Shown here one piece after another: positions 1-8,863 of a stretch of DNA of 27,063 nt. The notes under the pieces are model-generated. The model did not search any database and had not been told where the DNA came from. It was given only the letters and a program-made list of their open reading frames with translations. How positions within the stretch are numbered: position 1 is the stretch's first letter; every line of letters starts with the position of its first letter. A program made the position numbers and the translations under genes. Source of the DNA: a virus (lineage: Duplodnaviria; Caudoviricetes); IMG/VR virus record IMGVR_UViG_3300022863_000006, positions 1-27,063 of that record; one strand, written 5' to 3'.

Positions 1-66
1 GCCGTAAATCGATGCCCCGGCGCCGATCACCGCGGATCCGGCCACCGCTGCTGCAATCAGCCCCAT
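1..66 (-). CDS. Partial (5' end only) DNA ejection/transfer protein, P22 gp7-like
   Basis: ATG at 66, just after the upstream stop at 68-70. It reads MGLIAAAVAGSAVIGAGASIYG to the window edge. This Gly/Ala-rich hydrophobic N-terminus and the position after a GNAT gene fit podovirus ejection proteins. Confidence 0.55.
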   Translation of the reverse strand, partial: MGLIAAAVAGSAVIGAGASIYG

Positions 67-67
67 A

Positions 68-1126
68 CTAAGCTCCTGTTGTCATCCGGTAGAGTTGCCC
101 GCACGGCTCGGCGCCCAGCAGCTGCCAGAGCAGGCCCAGCCTGGGCCCGTCTCCGCGTAGCCCGGCGCGGCCAATGATCTCGCCACAGCCGCGTGCGACG
201 GCTGCCTCGTTGGCGCTTATCGCCAGTCGCAACCCGAGGCCGGGATAGGCCGGGGAGGCAAAGAACGACGTATGATAGGCCGATGTGATCCTGGCATCGT
301 CCAGCGAGGGGCTTATCAGCGTCAGCAGCCAACCGACCACCCGCCCCTGGCGGCGGGCGATCGTGGTCATGAGCGCCCCGGCGTCGGCGAGCAGCCGCAT
401 GTGGCCGTAGTTGACCTGGTGCCGGTATTCCGGCGCCTCGTCCACCGCGCCGTACTGGTCGCCGCGCAGCCAGGCCCCATCGACCAGATAGGCATCGAAC
501 GGCTCCTGGCGGATCGCTACGCCGCCGATGTCGAGCACCGCCTGGCGCCGGATCCCCTGCAGGCTCTTGTGCGCAGCGATCGAGCGCAACCGCTCCAGCT
601 GCGCGGCGTAGGCGGTCGCGTAGCGCACCAGCGCCGGGATGTCGTCCTGCAGGTTCAGCGGCGCCAGCATCTCCCACCAGCCGGGCGGCGGATCCTCCCC
701 CAGGCAGTGCCGGAAAACCCGCGCGCACCCCTCCTCGGTGTCGAGGCTGGGGAACGGCACCGACAGCACGCCCGGCATCCGCGTCTCGATCTGGTCCAGT
801 TTGGCGTCCTGGGCGCGCATCAGGCGCAGCATGGCGGCACGCTCGAATCCCAGCCGCTCCAGGCTATCGACCACGGCCGGCACAGGCCGGCGCACGACCA
901 CCACCCGCACATCCGGCCGCATCTGCTGCAGCAGCCGCCAGAACGCTGCGCCGGCGGTCTCGATCGTGCCGGTACAGGGTTGCGCCAGCCAGGAGCGGAC
1001 ATCGTCCAGGCTGCGACAGTGCCGCTCCTCGTCGTGACCGCAGTGCCAGCCGCCATAGCTCAGATACCGCGACAGCCACCTCGAGCGGCTTCTGGGCAGG
1101 CAGAACCCGACAAACGGCGGCATCAT
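68..1126 (-). CDS. Sulfotransferase-like P-loop domain fused to a C-terminal GNAT-fold domain
   Basis: 352 aa. N-terminal CLPRSRSRWL and VVVRRPVPAVVDS resemble sulfotransferase PAPS-binding motifs. C-terminal YPGLGLRL...AAVARGC...LWQLLGAEP resembles the GNAT acetyl-CoA-binding region. ATGA overlap with the upstream gene. Confidence 0.65.
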   Translation of the reverse strand: MMPPFVGFCLPRSRSRWLSRYLSYGGWHCGHDEERHCRSLDDVRSWLAQPCTGTIETAGAAFWRLLQQMRPDVRVVVVRRPVPAVVDSLERLGFERAAMLRLMRAQDAKLDQIETRMPGVLSVPFPSLDTEEGCARVFRHCLGEDPPPGWWEMLAPLNLQDDIPALVRYATAYAAQLERLRSIAAHKSLQGIRRQAVLDIGGVAIRQEPFDAYLVDGAWLRGDQYGAVDEAPEYRHQVNYGHMRLLADAGALMTTIARRQGRVVGWLLTLISPSLDDARITSAYHTSFFASPAYPGLGLRLAISANEAAVARGCGEIIGRAGLRGDGPRLGLLWQLLGAEPCGQLYRMTTGA

Positions 1127-1554
1127 GGCGGCAGCTGCGCCGCGGCGATAAACAGGCTGTCGAGGATCGCCGGGGTCAGCCCGAGCGGTGTGGCGATGCC
1201 GGCCACGAAAGGGCCGTTGCGGTAGACGTAGGCCTGATTCTGCCAGGCCAGCAGCACGCTGCCGCCGGTTGCGGTCACCGCGGCCTGGACATCCGAAAAC
1301 ACCGTCGCGGGCGCTGCGTGGACCAGGCTGGGGGTCGCCAACATCTGCTGCATCGTCTGCCAGCGGGTGACGCTTGCAGGAACCACAGCAGCCGGCGCGG
1401 GAGGCGCATCTGGCGTGTTCGGCGCTCCGAGCCAGACCTGATAGGCCTGATAGTCCACGTTGCCAGGATCGACTGGGATAAAAGCACCATCAGACTCCCG
1501 CACAATATACGACGGCAGGCCGATCGTTGCGGGGAAGAGCATATAGGCTGCCAC
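1123..1554 (-). CDS. Tail fibre assembly/chaperone-like protein
   Basis: 143 aa. The motif DGAFIPVDPGNVDYQAYQVWL is typical of small genes that follow phage tail fibres. It lies directly downstream of the fibre gene. Confidence 0.6.
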   Translation of the reverse strand: MAAYMLFPATIGLPSYIVRESDGAFIPVDPGNVDYQAYQVWLGAPNTPDAPPAPAAVVPASVTRWQTMQQMLATPSLVHAAPATVFSDVQAAVTATGGSVLLAWQNQAYVYRNGPFVAGIATPLGLTPAILDSLFIAAAQLPP

Positions 1555-1557
1555 GAT

Positions 1558-3105
1558 CTATAAATCGGCCGTCAGGCCGCCCCAGTTGAATGATCCTGCG
1601 GTGCCAATGGTGAGAGCAAGCGCCGTGTTGTTCCAGACCATAATTCCACCCGCTGAAACGCTGGTGGAATATCCAGTCGTAGGACTCTGCACGGTTGGCA
1701 CTGAGCGCATAGTCGTCGGAAGCCACATCATTGCCGGCGTGGTCCCTCCGTATGTGCCGTTGGTGCTGACAACCATGATTGGCAGGCTGCCGCTACCCTG
1801 GAAGAACCGCTGGCAGCGGCGCAGATTCTGCTCAGGGTCGAGGCGCTCGAACGGCGTCGCGACGGTCCCCGGCTCCAGCTGCACCGACGTCATGACCATC
1901 GCGAGGTTGCCGGTTGCTGTTGCTTGAACCCCGACGACCTGGAACGTCAGGCCGGTTGTCGCGGCAGAGGGAACCGCGAAAGTCGCTGTGTATGTCCCTG
2001 CCGTGCCCGATGGCGTGAAAGCCACCGACGCGATCGCCGTGTTGCTGGCGAAGTTATCGACAACGGTGGGATAAGAAAGCTGAGCTGTGAAGCTGGTTGC
2101 TCCGGCAGAGATAGTATAGGCAAAATTAAACTGGACCGTGACGCTCTGGCCGGCCAGGTCGCAGCAGCGGGCAGACTCGATACGCTGGGCGATGTAGGCA
2201 TTTGCCCCAACAGTCAGCCCCGTGACCGTCGGATTGATCTGCCTCCGCGATGTGTAGGAGGACGAGGTTCCTTGGGCAACGGAGCCCGCTCCCGCGGACC
2301 AGCCGACAAGCCACCGGTCCAGCGAATAGGCGCCAGACACTGTGACTGGCAGCGTCCGCTGCGCCACCTCCATGTTGCCGTTGTCGACGCGGTTGCGGCC
2401 GACATCGGAAAACACATTGCCGGAGGTGGCGGTAAGCGATCCATTGATCGTGGCGGCGCCAGCGGCCAGACTGCCCGTGGTCAGCGCACCCAGGCCGCTC
2501 AGCGAGGCGATCATTGTCGTGCCGGCATACCACTTGAACTGCTGGCTTGAACTAGGCACGCCCTGCCAGAGCGTGTTGGTATCAATGCCCAACGCGTAGT
2601 CGACTGACGCTCCTGCGGCGTCGAACAGGACGACTTTACAGCCAGCGGAACGGGCGGGATAGCTTGGAGCGCCTGACCCGGCCTGACCAAAGTCCAGCAA
2701 GTTCGACGAGGCGTTGTTGAGTATTACCGAGCCGCCTATCGACTGGATAGATCCGGTCGTAGTCAACAATGTGAACGTGCCTGCCGCCGGGGTAGTTCCC
2801 CCAATAACGGTGCCGTCGATCGTGCCGGCGTCGATGTTGACAGCACCGGTCAGGTTGATCGTCGGCGCGGTGATCGTGACCTGTCCGATCACATAGCCGG
2901 ATGAACGGGTCGCCTGCAGCCAGGTGTTGGAGCTCGTATAAGCGTCGTTGAGGAACCGGAAACTAACCCCGCTGCCGCCGATTTCGATATCGGCATACTT
3001 GGCGTCGGTGCCCTGGCTGGTGTCGTACAGCCGGTAGGCATTGCCGCCGGCGCCGGTCATCAGCACCGAGGTGGTGGTGATGCCGTTAAGGAAGGATCTG
3101 GACAT
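1558..3105 (-). CDS. Tail fibre / receptor-binding protein with carbohydrate-binding-like domain
   Basis: 515 aa, rich in T/S/G/A. The motifs GRNRVDNGNMEVAQR and QLEPGTVATPFE...LRRCQRFFQ bracket a beta-sandwich module common in phage fibres. Confidence 0.75.
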   Translation of the reverse strand: MSRSFLNGITTTSVLMTGAGGNAYRLYDTSQGTDAKYADIEIGGSGVSFRFLNDAYTSSNTWLQATRSSGYVIGQVTITAPTINLTGAVNIDAGTIDGTVIGGTTPAAGTFTLLTTTGSIQSIGGSVILNNASSNLLDFGQAGSGAPSYPARSAGCKVVLFDAAGASVDYALGIDTNTLWQGVPSSSQQFKWYAGTTMIASLSGLGALTTGSLAAGAATINGSLTATSGNVFSDVGRNRVDNGNMEVAQRTLPVTVSGAYSLDRWLVGWSAGAGSVAQGTSSSYTSRRQINPTVTGLTVGANAYIAQRIESARCCDLAGQSVTVQFNFAYTISAGATSFTAQLSYPTVVDNFASNTAIASVAFTPSGTAGTYTATFAVPSAATTGLTFQVVGVQATATGNLAMVMTSVQLEPGTVATPFERLDPEQNLRRCQRFFQGSGSLPIMVVSTNGTYGGTTPAMMWLPTTMRSVPTVQSPTTGYSTSVSAGGIMVWNNTALALTIGTAGSFNWGGLTADL

Positions 3106-3108
3106 GGC

Positions 3109-4047
3109 TCAGCCGTGGATCGTTACGCGGTAGGCGTTGGAGGCCGGCGCGACGGCGAACGTGAAAGTTGCGGTTGTGGTCGAGGTCGCCGCCATGTCGC
3201 ACTCGACCGCGCTCCAGGGGGTGCCCGACATGCGGCAGACCATCACCACGTCCTGGGTGCCCAGCCCGTGGGTCACGACAATGGCGGTGGTGACGCCGTC
3301 GCCGATCGTGGCGGAGTAGCGGCCGACAGAGGCCGCCGAAAACTGCACGATTGACAGCGGCGTGGTGCCGATCACGATCGGGCTGGCCGTCGCCACGCGC
3401 CACTGGGTGCCGGCGTAGAGCGTGCCGTTCTGGATCATCCAGAGCGCGCCGGTCTCGATTTCGCCGGGGGCCGCGCCATCGATCACCGACCGGGTCCAGG
3501 CGCCGCTGGCCGCGTTGTAGATGCCATTGGCAGTGGTGGTGGTCTGGCCGGTCACCAGCACCCGGTCGGCCGCCAGCGTGGTGTAGCCGTCGATCGTCTG
3601 CAGGCCTGACAGCGTGATGTTCGCGGTGGCGCAGCAGGTCGCCGGGATTTTGCTGGCGATGCCGGCCGCAGCCGAGGTCACCTGCGACAGCACCCACGAA
3701 TACTCGGCCACCTGGCCGGCCGCGGTGGGTGTCGGCACGCCGGCGATGGTGTAGATGCCGCCCAAGGCAATGTTGGCGGCCGGCGCGGCGAACAGGTTGA
3801 GGTTGTAGGCCTGCACCGTCGCCGCCAGGTTGCTGATGGTCGCAGCCAACTGGGTGCCGCTGTGGTTGGCACGCGCCCTGGCGTCGATCCACGAACTGCC
3901 GTTGTAGACCAAAGTATAGAGCGCGGTCGTGTCGTAGTAGATCTGGCCACTGACCGGTGTGGTTGGCGCCACGCCCAGGTTCTGAATCGCCGCGTTCTGC
4001 AGCTCCAGCTTGTTGAGCGAGATCGGCGTTAGAAAAGATCGAGCCAT
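3109..4047 (-). CDS. Tail fibre / adaptor protein
   Basis: 312 aa. It has the N-terminal motif [14 protein letters not shown]...GQIYYDT, the fibre motif [15 protein letters not shown]...DRVLV.GQ...NGIY...GAWTR, and a C-terminal small beta domain ([12 protein letters not shown]). Confidence 0.75.
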   Translation of the reverse strand: MARSFLTPISLNKLELQNAAIQNLGVAPTTPVSGQIYYDTTALYTLVYNGSSWIDARARANHSGTQLAATISNLAATVQAYNLNLFAAPAANIALGGIYTIAGVPTPTAAGQVAEYSWVLSQVTSAAAGIASKIPATCCATANITLSGLQTIDGYTTLAADRVLVTGQTTTTANGIYNAASGAWTRSVIDGAAPGEIETGALWMIQNGTLYAGTQWRVATASPIVIGTTPLSIVQFSAASVGRYSATIGDGVTTAIVVTHGLGTQDVVMVCRMSGTPWSAVECDMAATSTTTATFTFAVAPASNAYRVTIHG

Positions 4048-4056
4048 GATCTACAC

Positions 4057-4566
4057 CTAATTGAGGTATGCGGCGCCGGAGAAAGTCGCCGCAAACGTAA
4101 CGGTGAGAAAGCTGGGCGAGATGTACTGCACATCGCCCTCGACCAGGTTGCCCGCGCTGTCGACCACGTCCACCGACGGGTAGCGGTTCAGCGTGTGATT
4201 GACGTTCCACACCGACGCCGCGACGTCCTGGTAGAAAACATAATCCTGGTCGCCCCAGCTCTGCAGCTGCTGCGCCAGTACCGCCTCGGCAGCCTCGGCG
4301 CGGGCCACCTCGGCCGCCAGCGCGGCCGTCTGGGCTGCCGAGGCGGCCGCGATGCTGACCGCCAGCGCGGTGTCGCCAGCCGCCCGGGCAGCCGTCTCGG
4401 TGGTCACTGTCCTGGCCACCCCAGCCACGTCGGTGCCGACCGAAGCCCCGGTGCGGGCCAGCAGCGCCATGAAAAAGGCCCGCCAGGGGGCTGTGACATT
4501 GCCGGTCTCGTCGGCGACCGGAGACGCCGGGAACGCCGCGGCGAGCGGCGGCGGGGCGGTGACCAT
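4057..4566 (-). CDS. Tail needle-like (gp26-type position) coiled-coil protein with C-terminal beta domain
   Basis: The likely start is ATG 4566, which makes a TAATG overlap with the upstream stop; 169 aa. It has N-terminal PVADETGNVTAPWRAFFMALLARTG, an Ala-rich coiled coil, and C-terminal WNVNHTLNRYPSVDVVDSAG...FSGAAYLN. Confidence 0.6.
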   Translation of the reverse strand: MVTAPPPLAAAFPASPVADETGNVTAPWRAFFMALLARTGASVGTDVAGVARTVTTETAARAAGDTALAVSIAAASAAQTAALAAEVARAEAAEAVLAQQLQSWGDQDYVFYQDVAASVWNVNHTLNRYPSVDVVDSAGNLVEGDVQYISPSFLTVTFAATFSGAAYLN

Positions 4567-5321
4567 TAGGTCGAAGCCAGCCAGGTGAACGAGGAGGCCT
4601 GGCCGCCATGGTTGTCGGTGTCCTCGATGAACACGGTGAATCCCGTCGTCGACGTCGAGGACAGCCGGATGGTCATATTCGTCGCATTCCCGCTGAGGCA
4701 GCAGACCACCGCCGGCACCGAACTGAACGCCGGCGAGAACGTCACGCTGGCGGTGCCCGAGCTGGAGGTGGCGGCCACGCCGGCCTTGACCGTCCCGGAG
4801 GAAGGGATGCGTGCCGACAGTGCCGCCTCGGCCGCTTCGGCCCGCGTGGTCTCGGCGGTCACGCCGGCGGTCCAGGCGGTGGTGAGCGCGGTTTCGGCCG
4901 CCTCGGCGCGGGTCACCTCGGCGGTGACCGATGCCACCGCGGCGGCCAGCCCGGTGGTCAGGGTGGCCAGCTGCGCGGTGTTGTTCTGGATGCCGAGCAG
5001 CCCCTGCGCCGTCGGAATATCCGGCGCGATGCAAACCGGCGCCATTGCAGCCGAGACCAGCGTATTGGACGGCTGGTCGAATTGCAGGTTGCCCGACGCG
5101 TCCTTGAGGACCAGGCGCACGATCCCGCTGGCGTAGATGGTGCATTCGCCGGCGGCGTTCAGGACGATCGGGTTGGTGTTCGCGGCGGTGCCGGTGCTCT
5201 CGCTCCAGGTGGTCACAGGCGTGGTGGTGCCGGGCACATAGGTGGCGATCGTGCCACCCGCCAGCGGCACACCGTTCTGGTCGCAAAACTGCAGAACTGG
5301 ACTAGGCAGAAGCGCTACCAT
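4566..5321 (-). CDS. Tailspike/fibre protein with P22-type virion-attachment N-terminal domain
   Basis: 251 aa. QFCDQNGVPLAGGTIATYVPGTTTP...NTNPIVLNAAG is typical of podovirus spike head-binding domains. It is followed by a coiled coil and a C-terminal lectin-like beta domain (VTFSPAFSSVPAVV...TGFTV). Confidence 0.7.
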   Translation of the reverse strand: MVALLPSPVLQFCDQNGVPLAGGTIATYVPGTTTPVTTWSESTGTAANTNPIVLNAAGECTIYASGIVRLVLKDASGNLQFDQPSNTLVSAAMAPVCIAPDIPTAQGLLGIQNNTAQLATLTTGLAAAVASVTAEVTRAEAAETALTTAWTAGVTAETTRAEAAEAALSARIPSSGTVKAGVAATSSSGTASVTFSPAFSSVPAVVCCLSGNATNMTIRLSSTSTTGFTVFIEDTDNHGGQASSFTWLAST

Positions 5322-5330
5322 GTTTGCGTC

Positions 5331-6149
5331 CTATGACTGCGCAGGGGTCGCATCGATCCACGCGCCCAGCAGGCACGTGCGCGTCGGCGAACTCCATTCG
5401 AGAGCAAAGACCCGGTCGCGCGCGAGGCCTAAGCGTTGCCATTGCAAACTGGTCAGATACTCGCCGAGGCCCCCCATGCTCACGCCGACCGGATTGCCCC
5501 AGGTATGGCCGCGATCGTCGGACCACGACAGAAACACCATCGGCGCGGCCGGCAGGGCTGATGTCGGCGCTGCAGCTGGAATGACGGTGAAGCCAGCCGG
5601 CGGCGTGGCGATGAAGTTAGCGGTAATCGTATCTTGAAACACCGTCACGCTGGCGAACGGGTAGAGCGGGACACCCGCCATTGCGCTGATGTCAATGCCC
5701 GTGGCCGGCGTAGCCGGGGTGGCGCTGGGACTGGCGTTCCAATGGCCGGCGCCGATTTTGAACCACGCGCGGTTGTTGATCAAATCAACAGCGAAACCGA
5801 GCACGCTGCCCGCGGTGATGGTGCCGAGGGCGTCCACCCCCGTCGTGTCGGGCCAGCCAACGACCTGACTGTCGCCGCTGAAGCCAGTGACAATGCCGAT
5901 GCAGGCTGCGGAAATGCCGTTCCACAAATCGCCCGAGGTGATGTCGAACTTTTGCCCAAAGCCGGCGCCGGTGGCGAACGACGTTGCCGCGACCATCGTC
6001 ATTTCGAAATAGTATTTGCCACCCGCGGCCATCGGCGCCGTGCCAAAGGCTCCCTGGTCGCCCGTCTCCGCCGTGCTGGCGACGGTCAGGAGGCCGTTTG
6101 ACAGGACGCTGGCGTCCCCGAGCGTCGTTGGGTCGAAAACGACGCTCAT
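5331..6149 (-). CDS. SPRY/B30.2-like domain fused to the C-terminal segment of P22 gp10-like tail hub protein
   Basis: 272 aa. SPRY-like motifs are LSNGLLTV, GKYYFEM, GSVLGFAVDL...WF and LYPFASV. The last ~70 aa (LSWSDDRGHTWGN...GEY...WQRLGLARDRVF) match the conserved gp10 C-terminus. Confidence 0.75.
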   Translation of the reverse strand: MSVVFDPTTLGDASVLSNGLLTVASTAETGDQGAFGTAPMAAGGKYYFEMTMVAATSFATGAGFGQKFDITSGDLWNGISAACIGIVTGFSGDSQVVGWPDTTGVDALGTITAGSVLGFAVDLINNRAWFKIGAGHWNASPSATPATPATGIDISAMAGVPLYPFASVTVFQDTITANFIATPPAGFTVIPAAAPTSALPAAPMVFLSWSDDRGHTWGNPVGVSMGGLGEYLTSLQWQRLGLARDRVFALEWSSPTRTCLLGAWIDATPAQS

Positions 6150-7354
6150 GGGCCGTTGCCAGCTTCCAAATCGGCTATGAACTGCCGATAGAACACCCGT
6201 TTGCCGTCTGCCAGCATGTGGGGAAACATGCGCAGCCGTTTAATCGGCATGCCGTTATCGGTGAACACCGCGGGGTCGAGCGCATACAGATTACCCGACT
6301 GACAGTCGCCGCAGACCACCGCGTCATAGGCCCGGCAGGCGCAGTTGGCACGGTGGCGGTGCTCGGTGCCGTTGCTGTCGAGCCATACCAGCTCATGCCA
6401 GAGCTTGGTGGTGACGTCATAGGCCCAGCTCTTGTCAGCGGTCGGGAACGACAGCACGTAATACACGTGGCCGGCGAGCTGGTAAGTGTAGCCGACGGCA
6501 TCGGCCAGCGTCGGGTAGGTCGTGAGCTCCGTCTCGATGGCATAGGTGCTGATCCGGGTGGCCTGGTAGCCCGCGCCCTGCAGCACAATGCCCTGGCCGT
6601 AGCGGTCCTGACTGAGCCAGTAGACCGCGTTGTCGGCCGAGGCGACCGAATATTTGGCGCAGCAGCCGCGATCGATGAACACCCCCGGCATGGAGCCGAA
6701 CGGGAAGTCTGCTGACCCGGCGTTATACCAGATTTCCGTCGTTTCCGAGCCAATCAGCCAGATTTCGCGCTTCGCGACGATGATGGTGACCAGGAGGTCA
6801 GAGAACGACTCTTTATTGGCAAAGTATAACGGGTCGAACGTCAGGCTGAGACTGAGGCTCGAGACGATCTGCGGCGTGCCGGGGCTGTTGAACACAAAGA
6901 ACGTGTCGAGATAATCCACCCGGTCCGCGCCGACGAAAATGCCGGTACTATCGATCACCTCCGCGAATGCATTGGTGGCCAGGGTAACCTGCCAGGCGTT
7001 CGGGCTGCCGTCGACGATGACCAGCTGCAGGCCGTTGTCGGCCATGCTGACCGGCGTGGCGGGCCAGGCGGTGATCGAGCCCAGCAGGGTGGCCGTCCAG
7101 CTGCTGCTGATCGCGTAGACGCCGGAGCCTGCCACGGCATAGAGCGTGCCGTTGGTCGCCGTGTGCACACCGCGCACCGGCCCCTGCGGCAGGGTGACGA
7201 GCAACCGGGTGCCGGGGGTCGGATAGCAAGCCACCGCCGCCGCCTCGCCCAGATCCTGCGGCAGCGGCTCGCTGTAGAGGTTGACCTGGCGCTGGGCGGC
7301 CGCGATGACGCTGCGGGCGCTATACGCTCCGCCGGTGAGATTGACCCGGGTCAC
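6146..7354 (-). CDS. P22 gp10-like DNA stabilization / tail hub protein (N-terminal part)
   Basis: 402 aa. Motifs include AQRQVNLY.E, YPTPG, GSETTEIWYNAG...FPF, GCCAKYS and YVLSFPTADKSWAYD...WHE. It follows the gp4-like gene and stops before the usual C-terminal segment. Confidence 0.85.
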   Translation of the reverse strand: MTRVNLTGGAYSARSVIAAAQRQVNLYSEPLPQDLGEAAAVACYPTPGTRLLVTLPQGPVRGVHTATNGTLYAVAGSGVYAISSSWTATLLGSITAWPATPVSMADNGLQLVIVDGSPNAWQVTLATNAFAEVIDSTGIFVGADRVDYLDTFFVFNSPGTPQIVSSLSLSLTFDPLYFANKESFSDLLVTIIVAKREIWLIGSETTEIWYNAGSADFPFGSMPGVFIDRGCCAKYSVASADNAVYWLSQDRYGQGIVLQGAGYQATRISTYAIETELTTYPTLADAVGYTYQLAGHVYYVLSFPTADKSWAYDVTTKLWHELVWLDSNGTEHRHRANCACRAYDAVVCGDCQSGNLYALDPAVFTDNGMPIKRLRMFPHMLADGKRVFYRQFIADLEAGNGP

Positions 7355-7357
7355 GAG

Positions 7358-8101
7358 CTACCAGCTGCCGGTCTGGAAGTTGATGTTGACGTCGGCCGAC
7401 ACCGAGCCGGAGCCGCGCCCCGGCAGCCCGGCCGGCATCGCCAGGGTGGGGATCTGGGTGTTGGCGGTGCGGATGTTGTTAATCGCCTCCTCCATCTTGG
7501 CGACGATCGCCGGATGCGGGTCGGCGCCCCAGTTGATGCAGCACTCGACTGCCAGCGTGTAGGTAATCGCCGACATATACTCCGGCGGGAGATTGAGCAC
7601 CGTGGTGAGTGCGGTGATCGCCGGCAGCTGCGCCTTGGTGAACACATGCAGTTCGTAGCTGGCCGCTGCGGGGATCGGCCAGAAATGCAGCACGCCGACC
7701 GGAAAGGCACTCTCGTACCAGAGCACGCGCGGGAAGCTGCCCATGCTCTTGAGCGCGATCGCGTTGTAATCCTCGCGCGCCTCGACGATGCCGAGCGGCG
7801 CATCGAGCGGCAGGCTGGTGGTGAGCCAGCGAACGAAGGCGCTGTCGATCCGGTCTGGCCGGGCCACGTTGAAAGCCTGACCGGCGCCGATCGTGTAAGA
7901 CGTGGCGCCGGTGGAGACGACGGCGGTTTCCGTCAGGGACCAGACCAGCCAGCGGCGCCGCTGCCATTCGGCCAGGATGTTCGCCAGCAGCTGCAGGCCA
8001 GTGTTGCTGTCCTCCGCTGATGGCGTCTGTCCGACGCCGTTGATGTTGGCCGTGCGCAAGGCAAAGTTGACCAGGTCACCGGCGGTCTGGATCAGGGGCA
8101 T
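7358..8101 (-). CDS. P22 gp4-like head-to-tail adaptor
   Basis: 247 aa. The N-terminus TAGDLVNFALR...P.AED....L..L..ILAEW resembles P22 gp4. It lies between the coat region and gp10. Confidence 0.8.
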   Translation of the reverse strand: MPLIQTAGDLVNFALRTANINGVGQTPSAEDSNTGLQLLANILAEWQRRRWLVWSLTETAVVSTGATSYTIGAGQAFNVARPDRIDSAFVRWLTTSLPLDAPLGIVEAREDYNAIALKSMGSFPRVLWYESAFPVGVLHFWPIPAAASYELHVFTKAQLPAITALTTVLNLPPEYMSAITYTLAVECCINWGADPHPAIVAKMEEAINNIRTANTQIPTLAMPAGLPGRGSGSVSADVNINFQTGSW

Positions 8102-8104
8102 GGC

Positions 8105-8488
8105 TCAGGCGCTGAGCAGCGCGTGCCACGCGCCGGGAAACGACATGAAATCCGCCGTTTTCCCAGCCGCGATCGCATAGGCTGTGGTTCCGGCCACGCC
8201 GTTGATGGTGTCGGCGGTGCTGGCATTGCTCGAAAACACGTTCATCGAGGTGGCGCTGGCATTGATAACGGTTATCGCCTGGCCGCCATAGGCGACCGGC
8301 AGCGCCACGCTGTCGCCCGCCGTGCCGACGACGGTCACACGGTTCATCGCCGCGGTCAGCGGCACCGCCGCGGGCTGCAAACCCCCGGCGTGGGCCGTGA
8401 TGTTGTTGAGGTAGGTGAAGCCGGCGCCGCCGCTAATCAGGCCCATGTCCTGTAGCCCGGTGCCGACGCCATACTGAGTGATAGGCAT
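8105..8488 (-). CDS. Putative capsid decoration protein (paralog 2)
   Basis: 127 aa, beta-rich, GGAGG RBS, downstream of the coat gene. It shares GG.Q..AV.LT, GDSV.LP, GKTA.F and a terminal LSA with 8501-8851. Confidence 0.55.
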   Translation of the reverse strand: MPITQYGVGTGLQDMGLISGGAGFTYLNNITAHAGGLQPAAVPLTAAMNRVTVVGTAGDSVALPVAYGGQAITVINASATSMNVFSSNASTADTINGVAGTTAYAIAAGKTADFMSFPGAWHALLSA

Positions 8489-8500
8489 GTCGGCCTCCCG

Positions 8501-8851
8501 TTATGCGGACAGAATGAAACGCCACTTGCCTGACGTGCCCGCGCCGATGAACATCGCGGTTTTGCCGTTGGTCACCAGCTGCACCGCGTTGATCGCACCG
8601 GAGCCGATCGACTGGCCGGTATAGGGATACACGCCGACCGGCGCGGCGCCGTCGTTTGAGACATAGACCGGGATATCGGTCTGCCAGGGCGGCAGGATCA
8701 CGCTGTCGCCGGAGGTGGCGCAGGTGGCAACCGAGTTATACCGGGTGGTCAGCACGACCGCTGTTGCCTGGGTGCCGCCCGGGGTCGCCACGATGCCTTC
8801 GGTGACCGTCGAGACCGCCGGGAAAGCCTGCGGAAAGTTATAAAGTGCCAT
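8501..8851 (-). CDS. Putative capsid decoration protein (paralog 1)
   Basis: 116 aa, AAGGA RBS, directly after the coat gene, and a paralog of 8105-8488. Confidence 0.55.
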   Translation of the reverse strand: MALYNFPQAFPAVSTVTEGIVATPGGTQATAVVLTTRYNSVATCATSGDSVILPPWQTDIPVYVSNDGAAPVGVYPYTGQSIGSGAINAVQLVTNGKTAMFIGAGTSGKWRFILSA

Positions 8852-8863
8852 GTTCAGGGTCCT

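Noticed and set aside
3086-4609. 507-aa Arg/Gly-rich alternative-frame ORF, and the 5' extension of 4057-5286
   Set aside because: They are low-complexity off-frame readings over recognisable tail genes. The needle-like gene more plausibly starts at 4566.
1558-6149. Diversity-generating retroelement or invertible tail cassette
   Set aside because: I saw no reverse transcriptase, no template/variable repeat pair, and no inverted fibre cassettes or flanking inverted sites.
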